Source of the DNA: Candidatus Latescibacterota bacterium | GTDB taxonomy: Bacteria; Latescibacterota; UBA2968; UBA8231 | Direction of reading: 5' to 3' | Assembly: GCA_965223905.1 (NCBI GenBank) | Contig: CBDCXV010000011.1 | Coordinates: 32,001 to 96,000, forward strand | Length of the DNA stretch: 64,000 nt | Shown: positions 38,641 to 48,416 of the stretch, piece after piece | How positions within the stretch are numbered: the stretch's first letter is position 1 | How the letters are laid out: each line of letters starts with the position of its first letter | Notes under the pieces: generated by a model | Told to the model about the DNA's origin: nothing | The model's database searches: none | Seen by the model: the letters and a program-made list of their open reading frames with translations, nothing else | Position numbers and translations under genes: made by a program

Positions 38641-41600
38641 TCAGCGGTCCTGCAGCGGCAGGTGGCGCCGCGACTCGATCCAGAAGGCGGCGATCGAAAC
38701 GGCGACGATGCCGAGCCAGATCCATCCGTGAACCTGGAACCAGGTGGCGGGCTGGCGCACGAGATCCAGGCCCGGGTCCAGGGTGGCGGTCAGCACCCCG
38801 AGGAGGATGTAGGCGAGGATGTTCCCGCGCAGCAGGAAGGCGATGACGGCAGCGACGGTCGCTATTTTGATGGCGCTCGTTCCGGCGCCGAGGAGGAACT
38901 CGCCGGCGTTGAATGCCCCCCCTTCCGAGATCAGGAGCCAGGCGAGGACCGCCCCGATCACGTACGCAGGTTTCTTCAGGACCTTCAGCGCGTAGAAGAG
39001 GACGATGCCGTAGGCGATCGGCATCACGGCCCCGGTGGTCAGGGTGGCGATCAGGCCGCTGACGGCCGGCGCCGCGTCGTTCATTCCGGTCAGCGACAGG
39101 AGGCCAAAGCCGGGATCTGCGAACCCGGGGAATTGCCGGGCAACGAGGCCGGCGAGCCGATCCCCGACCTTCCCGGCGACCCAGGCGAGCAGGGCGATCA
39201 AGGCGGCGTCGCGAAAGAACCCGCCCCGCCCCGGTCCCCGCAGGCGCTCGAGGCAACCCGGGTACAGGGAATCGGCCAGGCCGAGATAGCAGACCACACC
39301 GAGGCCGACGGCGATCAGGCCCAGCACCGCGCCGACGACCTGCATGATGGTGAAGATGGTGGTCGTCATCGCGGTGCTGTACCCGGTGTAGAATGCCGGC
39401 AGGCTGTTGAGGTAGCCGATGAGGAACAGGGCGCCGGCGATCAGACCGAGAGTCACCGGTTTCCGCCAGCCGAGGGCCTGCGACCGCATCTGGCGGACCA
39501 TCAGCCAGATCAGGTGCAGGACGACAAAGACGATGACGGCGATGTTCAGCCCCGACATCACCGCTTTCAAGGTGGTGCTCTCCTCGCGCTCTCGAAGCCA
39601 TTCCTCGGGCAGCTTGACGAAGCGGCGGAAGCCGCTCGCTTCGTCGCCGATCACGTCGACCTCGATCCGGTAGAAGGACTGGTCGAGGTTGCGCGGGTCC
39701 CCCTCCAGGGCCTCCCAGACGAAGTTGTGGTCGCGCCTCGCCTTCATCTTCTCCGAGGAGGATTCCACCAGCTCGAACTCGCCCGCATCGACCCCGAACT
39801 CCCGCAGGTGGGCTTCGGCCACCGCCCGCGCCTCCTCTTCGGAGAGGTCGGCCCCGGCAGCCTCCTCTTCCACCAGGTGGGTGTAGGAATCGACGCTACC
39901 GTCGCCGCAGTCGACGTAGACGCGGAACTCCTCCTTTTCGAGGGACCGGAAGAACCGCACCCGCCAGCGGTTGAGGGGCAGGTGGCGGCTGTAGAGGCTG
40001 TCGATGGCGGCGAAGCCGGCCCGCTCCATGCGGTACTTGGCGACGCTGCCGCTGGCCGCGGAGGAGCCGGTCACCACCACCCGGTATTCCTCCAGATCGA
40101 CCCCTCGGCCGCCGAGGTAGCTTCGCGCCGCGGCTTCCGCTTCCTGCGCGGTGACGGCGAAGGCGGTCTCCTCGAGCGGCTTCTCGTAGTCGAGGAGGAA
40201 GAGGCCGGCTGCCAGGGCGACGACCGCGGTCGAGAGGAGAAGGCGGCGCCCCGACAGGGGGGTGTACGCCGATGCCGGCTCCGGTTCGGAAAGGGGTTCG
40301 TCTTGCGGCGCCTGAACCCCCTCCCCGGACAAGGCCTCCTGCAGCTCGTCGAGGGGGGGACTCTCGGCGCGGTTGAGCAGCGGCTCGGGATCGACGAAGA
40401 ACCGGTGCCGCACGTACAGGACCAGGGCCGCGGCGAACGGCAGCAGCATCAGGCCGACCGAAAGGCCGGCGGAGACGACGAAGTAGCTGTTGCTCGACCG
40501 CAGCAGGATCATGGCGGTGTAGAAGGCGTCGATGGTGTAGTGCCAGACCAGGGCGGGAAGCAGCCCCCAGCGGATCATCACGTAGCCGACGGCGATCCCG
40601 GCGAGGCCGACCTCGATGCCGCGGATGTAGAACGGCTGCTGCGGGTACCCGGCGTGGGCGAACCCCCAGACCAGGGCGGAGATCACCACGGCGAGCCAGC
40701 GCTTCTTCAGGAAACGCTGCAGGAACGGGATCGAGAAGGCCCGCGAGGTGAACTCCTCGGAGACCGCCGGCATGAACCCGATCAGCAGGACGACGACCCA
40801 CGGGATGTAGGTGTTGACCATCTGGTCGTAGGGGATCTGCGCCGGGCTCCAGGCCCCCAGGTCGTCGGCGACGACGTAGAAGACGGTCTGGTAGGCGACG
40901 AACAGGGCGGTCATGGTCAGGCCGATGACGGTGCCGGTCAGGAAGCGCTTGGTGCGGATTCCCGCCGGCAGGAACTGCTGGTTGAGACTGATCTGGCCGC
41001 CGTAGGAGCGGCGGTAGATCGGCTCCGCCCCGGCGGTGAGAAAGCCGATGAGGACCGCCTGTCCGAGCGCCGAGAGCAGGGCCGAGAGCAGGTGACTGGT
41101 GAGGAAGCTGCCGTAGGTCTCGGTGGTGTCGAAGTTGAACTCCGTGAGCGGCAGGGTGTTGAGCTCGGCGAGAAAGGTCAGGGCGAAGGCGATGGCGGTG
41201 AATACCGTTACCGTCTTCCAGCGCACGTCCCGGGCGCGGATGCTCTGGGTGAGGACCACGAGCATGCCGATCCACAGGAGCACCATCAGGACGGCGGCGA
41301 TCAGGCCGGTCGCCTCGTTGTAGGAGCGCAGCTCCTGGTACTCCCGCTGCCAGGCCTCGGGAACCTTGAGGTACTCGCTGTACCTGCCGACCTCATCCCC
41401 CTGGATGCCGACCGTGAGGCGGTAGGTCGCCTCGGAGACCTCGAATCCGGACAGCTTCCAGGTGAAGGTGTGGTCGCTGCGGTTCGGGCGCTCGGTGATC
41501 TCGGCCTCGACGAAGGTCAGCCCCGCCAGGTCGCGGCCCATCGTCCCGGAGAGGAAGCCCTCGGCCAGGGAGCGGGCTTCGGCCTGGTCGAGGCTGGCCC

Positions 41601-42021
41601 CGGCGGCCTCCTCCTCGATCAGGTGGGAGAAGCCGGCCAGCTCCCCCGCGGTCGTGTACTGCACGCGGAACTCTTCCTTCTCCAGCTCCCTGACCCAGCG
41701 GTTGCTCCAGCGCCACAGGCGCACCGGGTCGCCGATGAGGGCGGTGGCCCCTTCGAGTCCCAGCTCGCGCTCGAGGAAGGTCTTGGCCATGCCGTCGAAG
41801 AGGAAGATGGCGCTGTGGCGGTACCCCTCGACGTCGAGGCCGCGGCTGTCGAGGAAGGTCCGCGCCCGTTCCCCCGCCTCCTCGCGGGTGATGCGGAAGT
41901 CGATGGTCGCTTCCGGGAAGGCGTCGTAGAAGAAGTGGCTCGCCGTCACCAGGCTGGCCGCGGCGACGACGAAACAGACGGCGATCAGCCGGAAATCGCG
42001 ATGGGTGAGGTGTTGTTCCAT
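38641..42021 (-). CDS. Large CPBP (CAAX protease/Abi) intramembrane glutamic endopeptidase with a duplicated extracytoplasmic module
   Basis: PAVSEEFTSR, WGFAH and WHYTID motifs; EEEAAGA.L...EAR module present twice. Confidence 0.8.
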   Translation of the reverse strand: MEQHLTHRDFRLIAVCFVVAAASLVTASHFFYDAFPEATIDFRITREEAGERARTFLDSRGLDVEGYRHSAIFLFDGMAKTFLERELGLEGATALIGDPVRLWRWSNRWVRELEKEEFRVQYTTAGELAGFSHLIEEEAAGASLDQAEARSLAEGFLSGTMGRDLAGLTFVEAEITERPNRSDHTFTWKLSGFEVSEATYRLTVGIQGDEVGRYSEYLKVPEAWQREYQELRSYNEATGLIAAVLMVLLWIGMLVVLTQSIRARDVRWKTVTVFTAIAFALTFLAELNTLPLTEFNFDTTETYGSFLTSHLLSALLSALGQAVLIGFLTAGAEPIYRRSYGGQISLNQQFLPAGIRTKRFLTGTVIGLTMTALFVAYQTVFYVVADDLGAWSPAQIPYDQMVNTYIPWVVVLLIGFMPAVSEEFTSRAFSIPFLQRFLKKRWLAVVISALVWGFAHAGYPQQPFYIRGIEVGLAGIAVGYVMIRWGLLPALVWHYTIDAFYTAMILLRSSNSYFVVSAGLSVGLMLLPFAAALVLYVRHRFFVDPEPLLNRAESPPLDELQEALSGEGVQAPQDEPLSEPEPASAYTPLSGRRLLLSTAVVALAAGLFLLDYEKPLEETAFAVTAQEAEAAARSYLGGRGVDLEEYRVVVTGSSAASGSVAKYRMERAGFAAIDSLYSRHLPLNRWRVRFFRSLEKEEFRVYVDCGDGSVDSYTHLVEEEAAGADLSEEEARAVAEAHLREFGVDAGEFELVESSSEKMKARRDHNFVWEALEGDPRNLDQSFYRIEVDVIGDEASGFRRFVKLPEEWLREREESTTLKAVMSGLNIAVIVFVVLHLIWLMVRQMRSQALGWRKPVTLGLIAGALFLIGYLNSLPAFYTGYSTAMTTTIFTIMQVVGAVLGLIAVGLGVVCYLGLADSLYPGCLERLRGPGRGGFFRDAALIALLAWVAGKVGDRLAGLVARQFPGFADPGFGLLSLTGMNDAAPAVSGLIATLTTGAVMPIAYGIVLFYALKVLKKPAYVIGAVLAWLLISEGGAFNAGEFLLGAGTSAIKIATVAAVIAFLLRGNILAYILLGVLTATLDPGLDLVRQPATWFQVHGWIWLGIVAVSIAAFWIESRRHLPLQDR

Positions 42022-42123
42022 GTTTATCTTCAGGCTCGAGTTTCACCCGGCTCGAATGGGAGATGGTCCCTGGCCGGAAACCGGAAATTCCCTGCCGGTT
42101 CAGATCGCCGGCGAGAAGTGGAA

Positions 42124-42546
42124 ATGAATTCCTGCCAAGGCTTGGACCAGCGCATCGCGAACCTGCTCGAACCCCGCCGGGAGGTTCTCGAAGCCTACCT
42201 GTTCGGCTCCCATGCGCGCGGAGAGGCGCAGCCTCACAGCGACCTGGACATCGCCGTTTACATCGATGAAGAAGCGGCGGAAAAAAGCGTTTTCGGGTAC
42301 CGTGCGCAACTCGCTACCGAGCTCATCGCGGGGCTCCACAGCAACGACATCGACCTTCTGATTCTCAACCAGGCCCCCCCGGTTTTGTACTATCATGTCC
42401 TGCGCGACGGCATTCGCCTCCTTGCCCGTGACATGAGGGCGACGACGACTCGGGAAGGGCGTGCGGTTTCCCGCTACTGCGACTTCGTTCCCCAGCTCGC
42501 GAAGATGGAAGCGGCGTGGGGTTCCGGCTCCCCAGAGGGAAGATGA
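42124..42546 (+). CDS. mntA: MNT nucleotidyltransferase antitoxin
   Basis: YLFGSHARGEAQPHSDLDIA (GSx10DxD) and IDLLILN. Confidence 0.85.
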   Translation: MNSCQGLDQRIANLLEPRREVLEAYLFGSHARGEAQPHSDLDIAVYIDEEAAEKSVFGYRAQLATELIAGLHSNDIDLLILNQAPPVLYYHVLRDGIRLLARDMRATTTREGRAVSRYCDFVPQLAKMEAAWGSGSPEGR

Positions 42547-42998
42547 CCCCCGGACAGCCGAATCCCTCCGTCGTGCGGCGCCATCTCACCGCCCTGAGAC
42601 TCGCCGTTGAAAACCTGCGCCGGCATTCCGGTACGACCGCGGCTCAGCTTCGAGAGGATTCCGATCTGCGCTGGTCGGTCGAACGCGGCCTCCAGCTCTG
42701 TGCGCAGAACAGCCTCGATATTGCTACCCATATGGCGTTGTCCGCCGGCCTGGACGCTCCGGATTATGCATCCGCCATCGACCGGCTCGCCGAGACCGGA
42801 GTGTTGCCCCGTGATTTCGCGGGGCACTTCCGGGATGTCGCCGGTTTCCGCAACGTGCTTGTCCACGGGTACCTCGATGTCGATCTCGACCTGATCGCAC
42901 AATTTCTCGACCGGCAGCTCGTGGATTTTGAAACGTTTTCCCGCCATGTCGAACGGTGGGTTTCCAAACTCTCAGAAAAAAAAGACGGGTCGCCATGA
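42543..42998 (+). CDS. hepT: HEPN (DUF86) RNase toxin
   Basis: VERGLQL...LDIA and GFRNVLVHGY (Rx4H); ATGA overlap with mntA. Confidence 0.85.
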   Translation: MTPGQPNPSVVRRHLTALRLAVENLRRHSGTTAAQLREDSDLRWSVERGLQLCAQNSLDIATHMALSAGLDAPDYASAIDRLAETGVLPRDFAGHFRDVAGFRNVLVHGYLDVDLDLIAQFLDRQLVDFETFSRHVERWVSKLSEKKDGSP

Positions 42999-43066
42999 GG
43001 ACGCCGTTCTATGACCCTGCACAGGGCATTATTCCCGGGACGGCAGCCTGACGACGGAGGATCGGC

Positions 43067-43810
43067 GTGGATCTCTACATCGGCACCAGCGGCTACAACT
43101 ACAAGGAGTGGAAGGGGCCGTTCTACCCCGAGAAGTTCCCGGACAAGGAGATGCTTGATTACTACGGGCAGCGGTTCAACAGCGTCGAGATCAACAACAG
43201 CTTCTACCGGGTGCCGAAACCGGACGTGGTCGTCTCCTGGGGGGAGAGGGTGCCGGGGAACTTCCGCTTCTCGATGAAGGCGACGCGCCGGATCACGCAC
43301 CTCAAACGCCTCAAGGGGGTCGAGGAGGAGACCGGGTACTTCATCGACATCGTTTCCAACCTAGGCCCGGGGCTCGGCGCCCTGTTGTTCCAGTTGCCGC
43401 CGACCCTCAGGAAGGACATGGACCGCCTCCGGACCTTCCTCGAGATCCTCCCGGACGGGGCTCCGGCGGCTATGGAGTTCCGCCACGAGAGCTGGTTCGA
43501 CGACGAAGTGAAAGCCTGCCTGCAGTCGAAGAACGTCGCCTTGTGCTTCGCCCACGAAGATGAGGACACCGCCGAGGAGACCGAGCGCAGGTTCGCCTCT
43601 ACCGCCTCCTGGGGGTACCTGCGCCTGCGCGGCAGCGGCTACGGCGACGACGAGCTGCGCGCCTGGGCCGACAGGGTGAAGGGGCAGTCCTGGGAGCGCG
43701 CCTTCGTCTTCTTCAAACACGAGAGCGAAGGCCTGGGGCCGAAGCTGGCAAGGCGGTTCGCCCAGGCGGCGCAGGTGGCCGGAGATTCCGGCCCGGAGCC
43801 AAGGGAGTAG
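43067..43810 (+). CDS. DUF72 (YecE-like) protein
   Basis: IGTSGYNYKEWKGPFYP, SVEINNSFY, LFQLPP, EFRHESW, YLRLRG. Confidence 0.9.
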   Translation: MDLYIGTSGYNYKEWKGPFYPEKFPDKEMLDYYGQRFNSVEINNSFYRVPKPDVVVSWGERVPGNFRFSMKATRRITHLKRLKGVEEETGYFIDIVSNLGPGLGALLFQLPPTLRKDMDRLRTFLEILPDGAPAAMEFRHESWFDDEVKACLQSKNVALCFAHEDEDTAEETERRFASTASWGYLRLRGSGYGDDELRAWADRVKGQSWERAFVFFKHESEGLGPKLARRFAQAAQVAGDSGPEPRE

Positions 43811-43819
43811 TCAGTGATT

Positions 43820-43936
43820 GTGGATCTCTTCCACGAGAGCGAAGGCCTGGGGCCGAAGCTGGGGCCGAAGCTGGCCATCCGGTTCACCAGGCGGCGCAGG
43901 CTGCCGATGGGTTCCGGCCCGGGGGCAGGGGAGTAG
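43820..43936 (+). repeat. Internally deleted mini-copy of the DUF72 gene (start plus 3' tail)
   Basis: GTGGATCTCT matches the gene start at 43067; 43832-43936 resembles 43718-43810. Confidence 0.75.
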
Positions 43937-43939
43937 CCG

Positions 43940-45349
43940 GTGACCGCCGATATCTGCTTCACCACCGCGGCGGAACTGCGCGAGCTGTACGCGGCCCGCC
44001 GCCTCTCACCGGTCGAGGTTACCCGGGCTGTCCTCGACCATATCGACGCGGCCGACCGCGGTATCAACGCCTTCGTGACCCTCACCCCGGAGCTGGCCCT
44101 GCGCCAGGCCCGCGCCGCGGAGACCGCGTACGCCGAAGGCCGGGCAGGGCCGCTGGCCGGCATCCCCTTCACCCTCAAGGATCTCACCTCGACCCGGGGG
44201 ATACGGACGACGCGGGGCTCGGAGCTGTACCGGGACTGGGTCCCAGACTACGACGCGCCGGTAGCCGAAAGGCTGTACGCCGCCGGGGGGGTGCTGCTGG
44301 GAAAGACCAACACCCCGGAGATGGGGTGGAAGGGGGACACGGACAACCGCGTCGCCGGTCCCACCCACAACCCCTGGCGCCGGGGACGCACCGCGGGGGG
44401 ATCGAGCGGGGGCGCCGCGGCCGCGGTCGCCGCCGGGTTCGGGCCCATTGCCCAAGGGTCGGACGGGGCGGGGTCGATACGCATCCCGGCCTGCATGTGC
44501 GGGGTCTACGGGTTCAAGCCCTCCTGGTCGCTGGTTCCCCAGTACCCGGCCAGTGCCGTCGAGCTGTTCTCCCACATGGGGCCGATCACCCGCAGCGTCG
44601 CCGATGCCGCGGCCATGCTGACCGTTATGGCCGGGGAGGACGCGCGCGACCGCGCCTCGCTTCCCTGCACCGCCGACTTTTCCGCGGCCCTCGGGGAGGA
44701 GGTCGACTGGCCGGACATCCGCATCGCCTGGTCTCCCGATCTCGGGTACGCCGCGGTCGATCCGGAGGTGCTCGCGGTGACCGCCGCGGCGGCGCAGCGC
44801 TTCGCCGAGCTCGGCTGCCATATCGAGGAGGATCACCCCTCCCTGGGCGATCCCTGGGAGCCGGTCGTCGACGTCCTCTGGTCGACCTCGTTCGCCGGGC
44901 TGTTCCACGACGACTTCGACGCCGTGAAGGACCGCCTCGACCCGGGGCTCGCCGCGGTGATCGAGGCCGGGTCGCGCTACTCCGGCCCCCAGGTAGGGGC
45001 CGCCCATGCCCGCCGCGTCGACTACTACCACGACTGGCGCCGCTTCATGGAGCCCTACGATTTCGTGCTGACCCCGGCCCTGCCGGTGACCGCCTTTCCC
45101 TGCGGCCGGGACCATCCCGGAAAGATCGCCGGCAGGCCGACCAGCTATCTCGGCTGGACCGCCTTCACCTATCCGTTCAACATCACCGGACAGCCCGCGG
45201 CGACCGTTCCCTGCGGTTTCGTCGACGGCCTTCCCGTCGGCCTGCAGATCGTCGGTCGCTGGCGCCAGGACGCCGCGGTTCTGCGCGCCTCCGCGGCCTT
45301 CGAACGCATCGCACCGTGGGCGCACCGGCGCCCGCCCCTTGAGGCATGA
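43940..45349 (+). CDS. Amidase signature family enzyme
   Basis: GIPFTLKD, GKTNTPE, GGSSGG, GSDGAGSIRIPA. Confidence 0.92.
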   Translation: MTADICFTTAAELRELYAARRLSPVEVTRAVLDHIDAADRGINAFVTLTPELALRQARAAETAYAEGRAGPLAGIPFTLKDLTSTRGIRTTRGSELYRDWVPDYDAPVAERLYAAGGVLLGKTNTPEMGWKGDTDNRVAGPTHNPWRRGRTAGGSSGGAAAAVAAGFGPIAQGSDGAGSIRIPACMCGVYGFKPSWSLVPQYPASAVELFSHMGPITRSVADAAAMLTVMAGEDARDRASLPCTADFSAALGEEVDWPDIRIAWSPDLGYAAVDPEVLAVTAAAAQRFAELGCHIEEDHPSLGDPWEPVVDVLWSTSFAGLFHDDFDAVKDRLDPGLAAVIEAGSRYSGPQVGAAHARRVDYYHDWRRFMEPYDFVLTPALPVTAFPCGRDHPGKIAGRPTSYLGWTAFTYPFNITGQPAATVPCGFVDGLPVGLQIVGRWRQDAAVLRASAAFERIAPWAHRRPPLEA

Positions 45350-46581
45350 CCATGGAGATTCGCGCGGTTCGCGAGCAGGAGCTCGAGGCGATGATCGAGC
45401 TCCAGTGCCTGATCTTTCGCCCCGACGGGCACGAGCGCTACACCGCCTACCTCCACGGCGACCCCTCGTACGAGCTCGGGCAGACCCGGGTCGTCGTCGT
45501 CGACGGGGAGATCGTCGCCACCCTGCGCATCTGGGACCGCACCATCCGGGTAAGCGCCACCGCGGTGAAAATGGGCGGGATCGGCGGGGTCGGAACCCAT
45601 CCGGCCCATCGCAGGCGAGGCTATGCCTCGGCCATGCTCCGCGACGCCAGCGACTGGATGCGGAGCCGCGGCTACCTCACCAGCGTGCTGTTCACCGAGG
45701 TCGCCAGCCAATTCTACCGCCGTCACGGCTGGGCGAGCGTGCCGATGCCGGGGTTTCGCATCGGCATCCCGGGCGCCGGCGCCACCCTTCCGGCGCCGGG
45801 AGAAGGGCCGGGGGAGTGGAGAGTCGAGGAATTCGACGAGGCCCGCGATCTCGATGCGGCGGTGGCCCTGTACGAGAGGTTCAACGCCGCCCGGAGCGGC
45901 GCCCTGGTCAGGGACCGGCCCTACTGGGATTCGGAGCCGGCGAGAATCCGGGGGATTCTGCCCACCGTCGTCGCCCTCGACGCCCGGGGGAACCTGCGCG
46001 GCTACCTCAACTACGAGATCGAGGAAGGGCAGGCGACGGTGTGCGAGCTGGCCGTCGACGAGACCGCGGCCTCGGCGACCGATGCCCTGGTGCGGCATTT
46101 CCTGCGGGAGTGCGCCGCGCGTGGAGCCGGCGAGATCGTCGGGGAGCTGCCGCACCGGCACCCCCTCGTCGACCTGCTCTGCGAGTACTGCGGCGGTGAT
46201 CTCGAGCTGACCGGAAACGCCGCCACCATGTGGAAGGCGGTTGACCCCCCGGGATTGCTCTCCGCCCTGCTGCCGGAGCTGCAGCAGCGGGTGGCGGCTG
46301 CGGAGCCGGCGGCGCTGCCCTTCGAGTTCGACGGAGAGCCCTGCTCGCTGGCTCTCGACCCCGCCGGGCGGCTGCATCTCGATGCCGAGCCCCCGGCGGG
46401 CGGGGCCCTGCCGTTGAGCGGCGAGATGCTGTGGCGCCTGCTGCTGGGGGAGAGCGCCTGGTCCGACATCGAGGCTTCCCCGCCCGCCCGGGGGGAGGCG
46501 GTCGATCCGGCGCAATCCCGGCTGCTCGCCGCCCTGTTTCCGCGGCGCCAGGTGATCTACTGGGCGCCCGACCATTTCTGA
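45346..46581 (+). CDS. Eis-like GNAT acetyltransferase
   Basis: GIGGVGTHPAHRRRGYA and FYRRHGW; about 410 aa two-GNAT architecture. Confidence 0.8.
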   Translation: MTMEIRAVREQELEAMIELQCLIFRPDGHERYTAYLHGDPSYELGQTRVVVVDGEIVATLRIWDRTIRVSATAVKMGGIGGVGTHPAHRRRGYASAMLRDASDWMRSRGYLTSVLFTEVASQFYRRHGWASVPMPGFRIGIPGAGATLPAPGEGPGEWRVEEFDEARDLDAAVALYERFNAARSGALVRDRPYWDSEPARIRGILPTVVALDARGNLRGYLNYEIEEGQATVCELAVDETAASATDALVRHFLRECAARGAGEIVGELPHRHPLVDLLCEYCGGDLELTGNAATMWKAVDPPGLLSALLPELQQRVAAAEPAALPFEFDGEPCSLALDPAGRLHLDAEPPAGGALPLSGEMLWRLLLGESAWSDIEASPPARGEAVDPAQSRLLAALFPRRQVIYWAPDHF

Positions 46582-46621
46582 AATCCGCGGCTGGGGCCGC
46601 GGCGAGGAGGATGAAAAGAAA

Positions 46622-47641
46622 GTGAGTCCGAAGAAGGGGTTTCGATGCGGAGTGATCGGGTACAGCCCGGCCTTCAACATGGGGCGTACCCACCTGGAGG
46701 CGATGACGAAGAACCCGGGGATGGAGGCGGTGGCGGTCTGCGATCTCGACCCGGAATACAGGGCAGCGGCCGCCCGGGACTGGCCGGAGGCCACGGTCTA
46801 CGGCCGCGTCGGCGACATGCTGCGGCGCGCCGATCTCGATCTCGTCGCCGTGATCACCCCGCACAACACCCACGCCAGGCTGGTGATGCGGTGCCTCGAC
46901 GCCGGGGTGGGCGTGGTGTGCGAAAAGCCCCTGGCGATCACCAGCAAGGAAATCAGGGAGATGATCTCCCTGTCGAAGCGCCGCAAAGTCATGCTGTCGA
47001 CCTTTCACAACCGTCGCTGGGACAGCGACTTTCTGCTGCTCCGCGACCTGCTTCAGGAGGAGAAGGCGATCGGCGAGCCGTTCCGGATCGAGTGCGGCTT
47101 CTACAGATACGGGGAGTCGCCGCCCTGGTGGCGCTCGGACAAAAAGATTTCCGGCGGCGCCATCTACGACTGGGGCGCCCACTTCACCGACTGGGTCCTG
47201 CAGCTCGTCAGGGACGAGATCGACTGGGTCAGCGGCTTCCAGGTGAAGAACCCCGCCTGGGGCTCGTACAGCAACGAGGACCACTCGGAGTACACCCTGA
47301 AGTTCAAGGGGGGCTGCGAGGTGACGCAGACGATATCGAACCTGTCGATGAGTCCGCGGCCGCGGTGGCGCATTCTCGGGGACCGGGGGGCCATCGAGGC
47401 GGCCGAGGGGGGATTCCTGCTGCGCACCCTCGTCAACGGCAGGCAGATGAGCGCCGTGGTTCCGGTGCCGGAGCGGCTGCCGACCGCGGACCTGTTCTAC
47501 GAAAACGTGTACCGCCATCTGCTGGGCCGGGAGGGGCTGGCGGTCACCGCGGAGTCCGCGGCCCGCGTCATCGGGGTGCTCGAAGCGGCCAACCTCTCCG
47601 CGGCGCGCGGTTCCGCCCCCGTGAAGCCGGCGTTCAAATAG
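46622..47641 (+). CDS. Gfo/Idh/MocA oxidoreductase
   Basis: TPHNTH, CEKPL, FHNRRWD, GGAIYDWGAH. Confidence 0.9.
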   Translation: MSPKKGFRCGVIGYSPAFNMGRTHLEAMTKNPGMEAVAVCDLDPEYRAAAARDWPEATVYGRVGDMLRRADLDLVAVITPHNTHARLVMRCLDAGVGVVCEKPLAITSKEIREMISLSKRRKVMLSTFHNRRWDSDFLLLRDLLQEEKAIGEPFRIECGFYRYGESPPWWRSDKKISGGAIYDWGAHFTDWVLQLVRDEIDWVSGFQVKNPAWGSYSNEDHSEYTLKFKGGCEVTQTISNLSMSPRPRWRILGDRGAIEAAEGGFLLRTLVNGRQMSAVVPVPERLPTADLFYENVYRHLLGREGLAVTAESAARVIGVLEAANLSAARGSAPVKPAFK

Positions 47642-47654
47642 AAAGGACGGAACC

Positions 47655-48398
47655 ATGCTCCTCGGCGAAATGACCTCGCCCCAGATCGACGCGCTGCCGC
47701 GCGACATCGTCGTCTACATCCCGGTCGCCTCATGCGAGCAGCACAGCCTGCACCTGCCGGTCCTGACCGACAGCATGATCGGGGAGGAGGTGGCGCGGCG
47801 CGTCCACGTGCGCATCCCCGACGACGTGCTCGTGCTGCCGGTGCAGTGGCTGGGGTATTCCCAGCACCACATCCGCTACCCGGGAACGGTCAGCGCCGTC
47901 AGCGAGACCCACCTGCTGCTGATGATGGACATCGTCGCCTCCATGGTCGGCAGCGGATTCCGCAAGATCCTGATCCAGAACAGCCACGGCGGCAACGGCG
48001 CCAACATCCAGGTGCTCCTGCAGCGGCTGATGGAGCGCTATCCCGAGGGGGAGGCGGAGTTCTACTCGCGCTGGGCCTGGGCGGATGGCGACACCCTGAA
48101 CCAGATCCGCGACCTGCCGCACGGCTCGGGGCACGCCGGGGAGACGGAGACGTCGATGATCCTGGCGATGCGCCCCGACCTCGTGCATACCGGCAAGCTC
48201 GACCCGGACGGCGAGCGCGAGGGGATGCGGGTTCCCGGAATGTCCTCCTACCACCGCTTCGACCAGCGCACCCGTCACGGCGGGGTAGGCGACCCCCGGC
48301 CGGCCACCGCGGAGAAGGGAGAGCGCATGCTCGACGCCTCCGCGGACGAGATCGCCGAGCAGGTGCTCGCCATCCGGGCGCTGAAGCCGTTCGCTTGA
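47655..48398 (+). CDS. Creatininase/creatinine amidohydrolase family protein
   Basis: EQHSLHLPVLTD, GYSQHH, NSHGGN, HAGETETS. Confidence 0.9.
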   Translation: MLLGEMTSPQIDALPRDIVVYIPVASCEQHSLHLPVLTDSMIGEEVARRVHVRIPDDVLVLPVQWLGYSQHHIRYPGTVSAVSETHLLLMMDIVASMVGSGFRKILIQNSHGGNGANIQVLLQRLMERYPEGEAEFYSRWAWADGDTLNQIRDLPHGSGHAGETETSMILAMRPDLVHTGKLDPDGEREGMRVPGMSSYHRFDQRTRHGGVGDPRPATAEKGERMLDASADEIAEQVLAIRALKPFA

Positions 48399-48416
48399 TC
48401 CAGCCTTACAGCCGGC

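Noticed and set aside
38662-42546. 1294-aa ORF read as a giant nucleotidyltransferase fusion
   Set aside because: Only the last 140 aa (from ATG 42124) are MntA; the rest is the antisense shadow of the CPBP gene.
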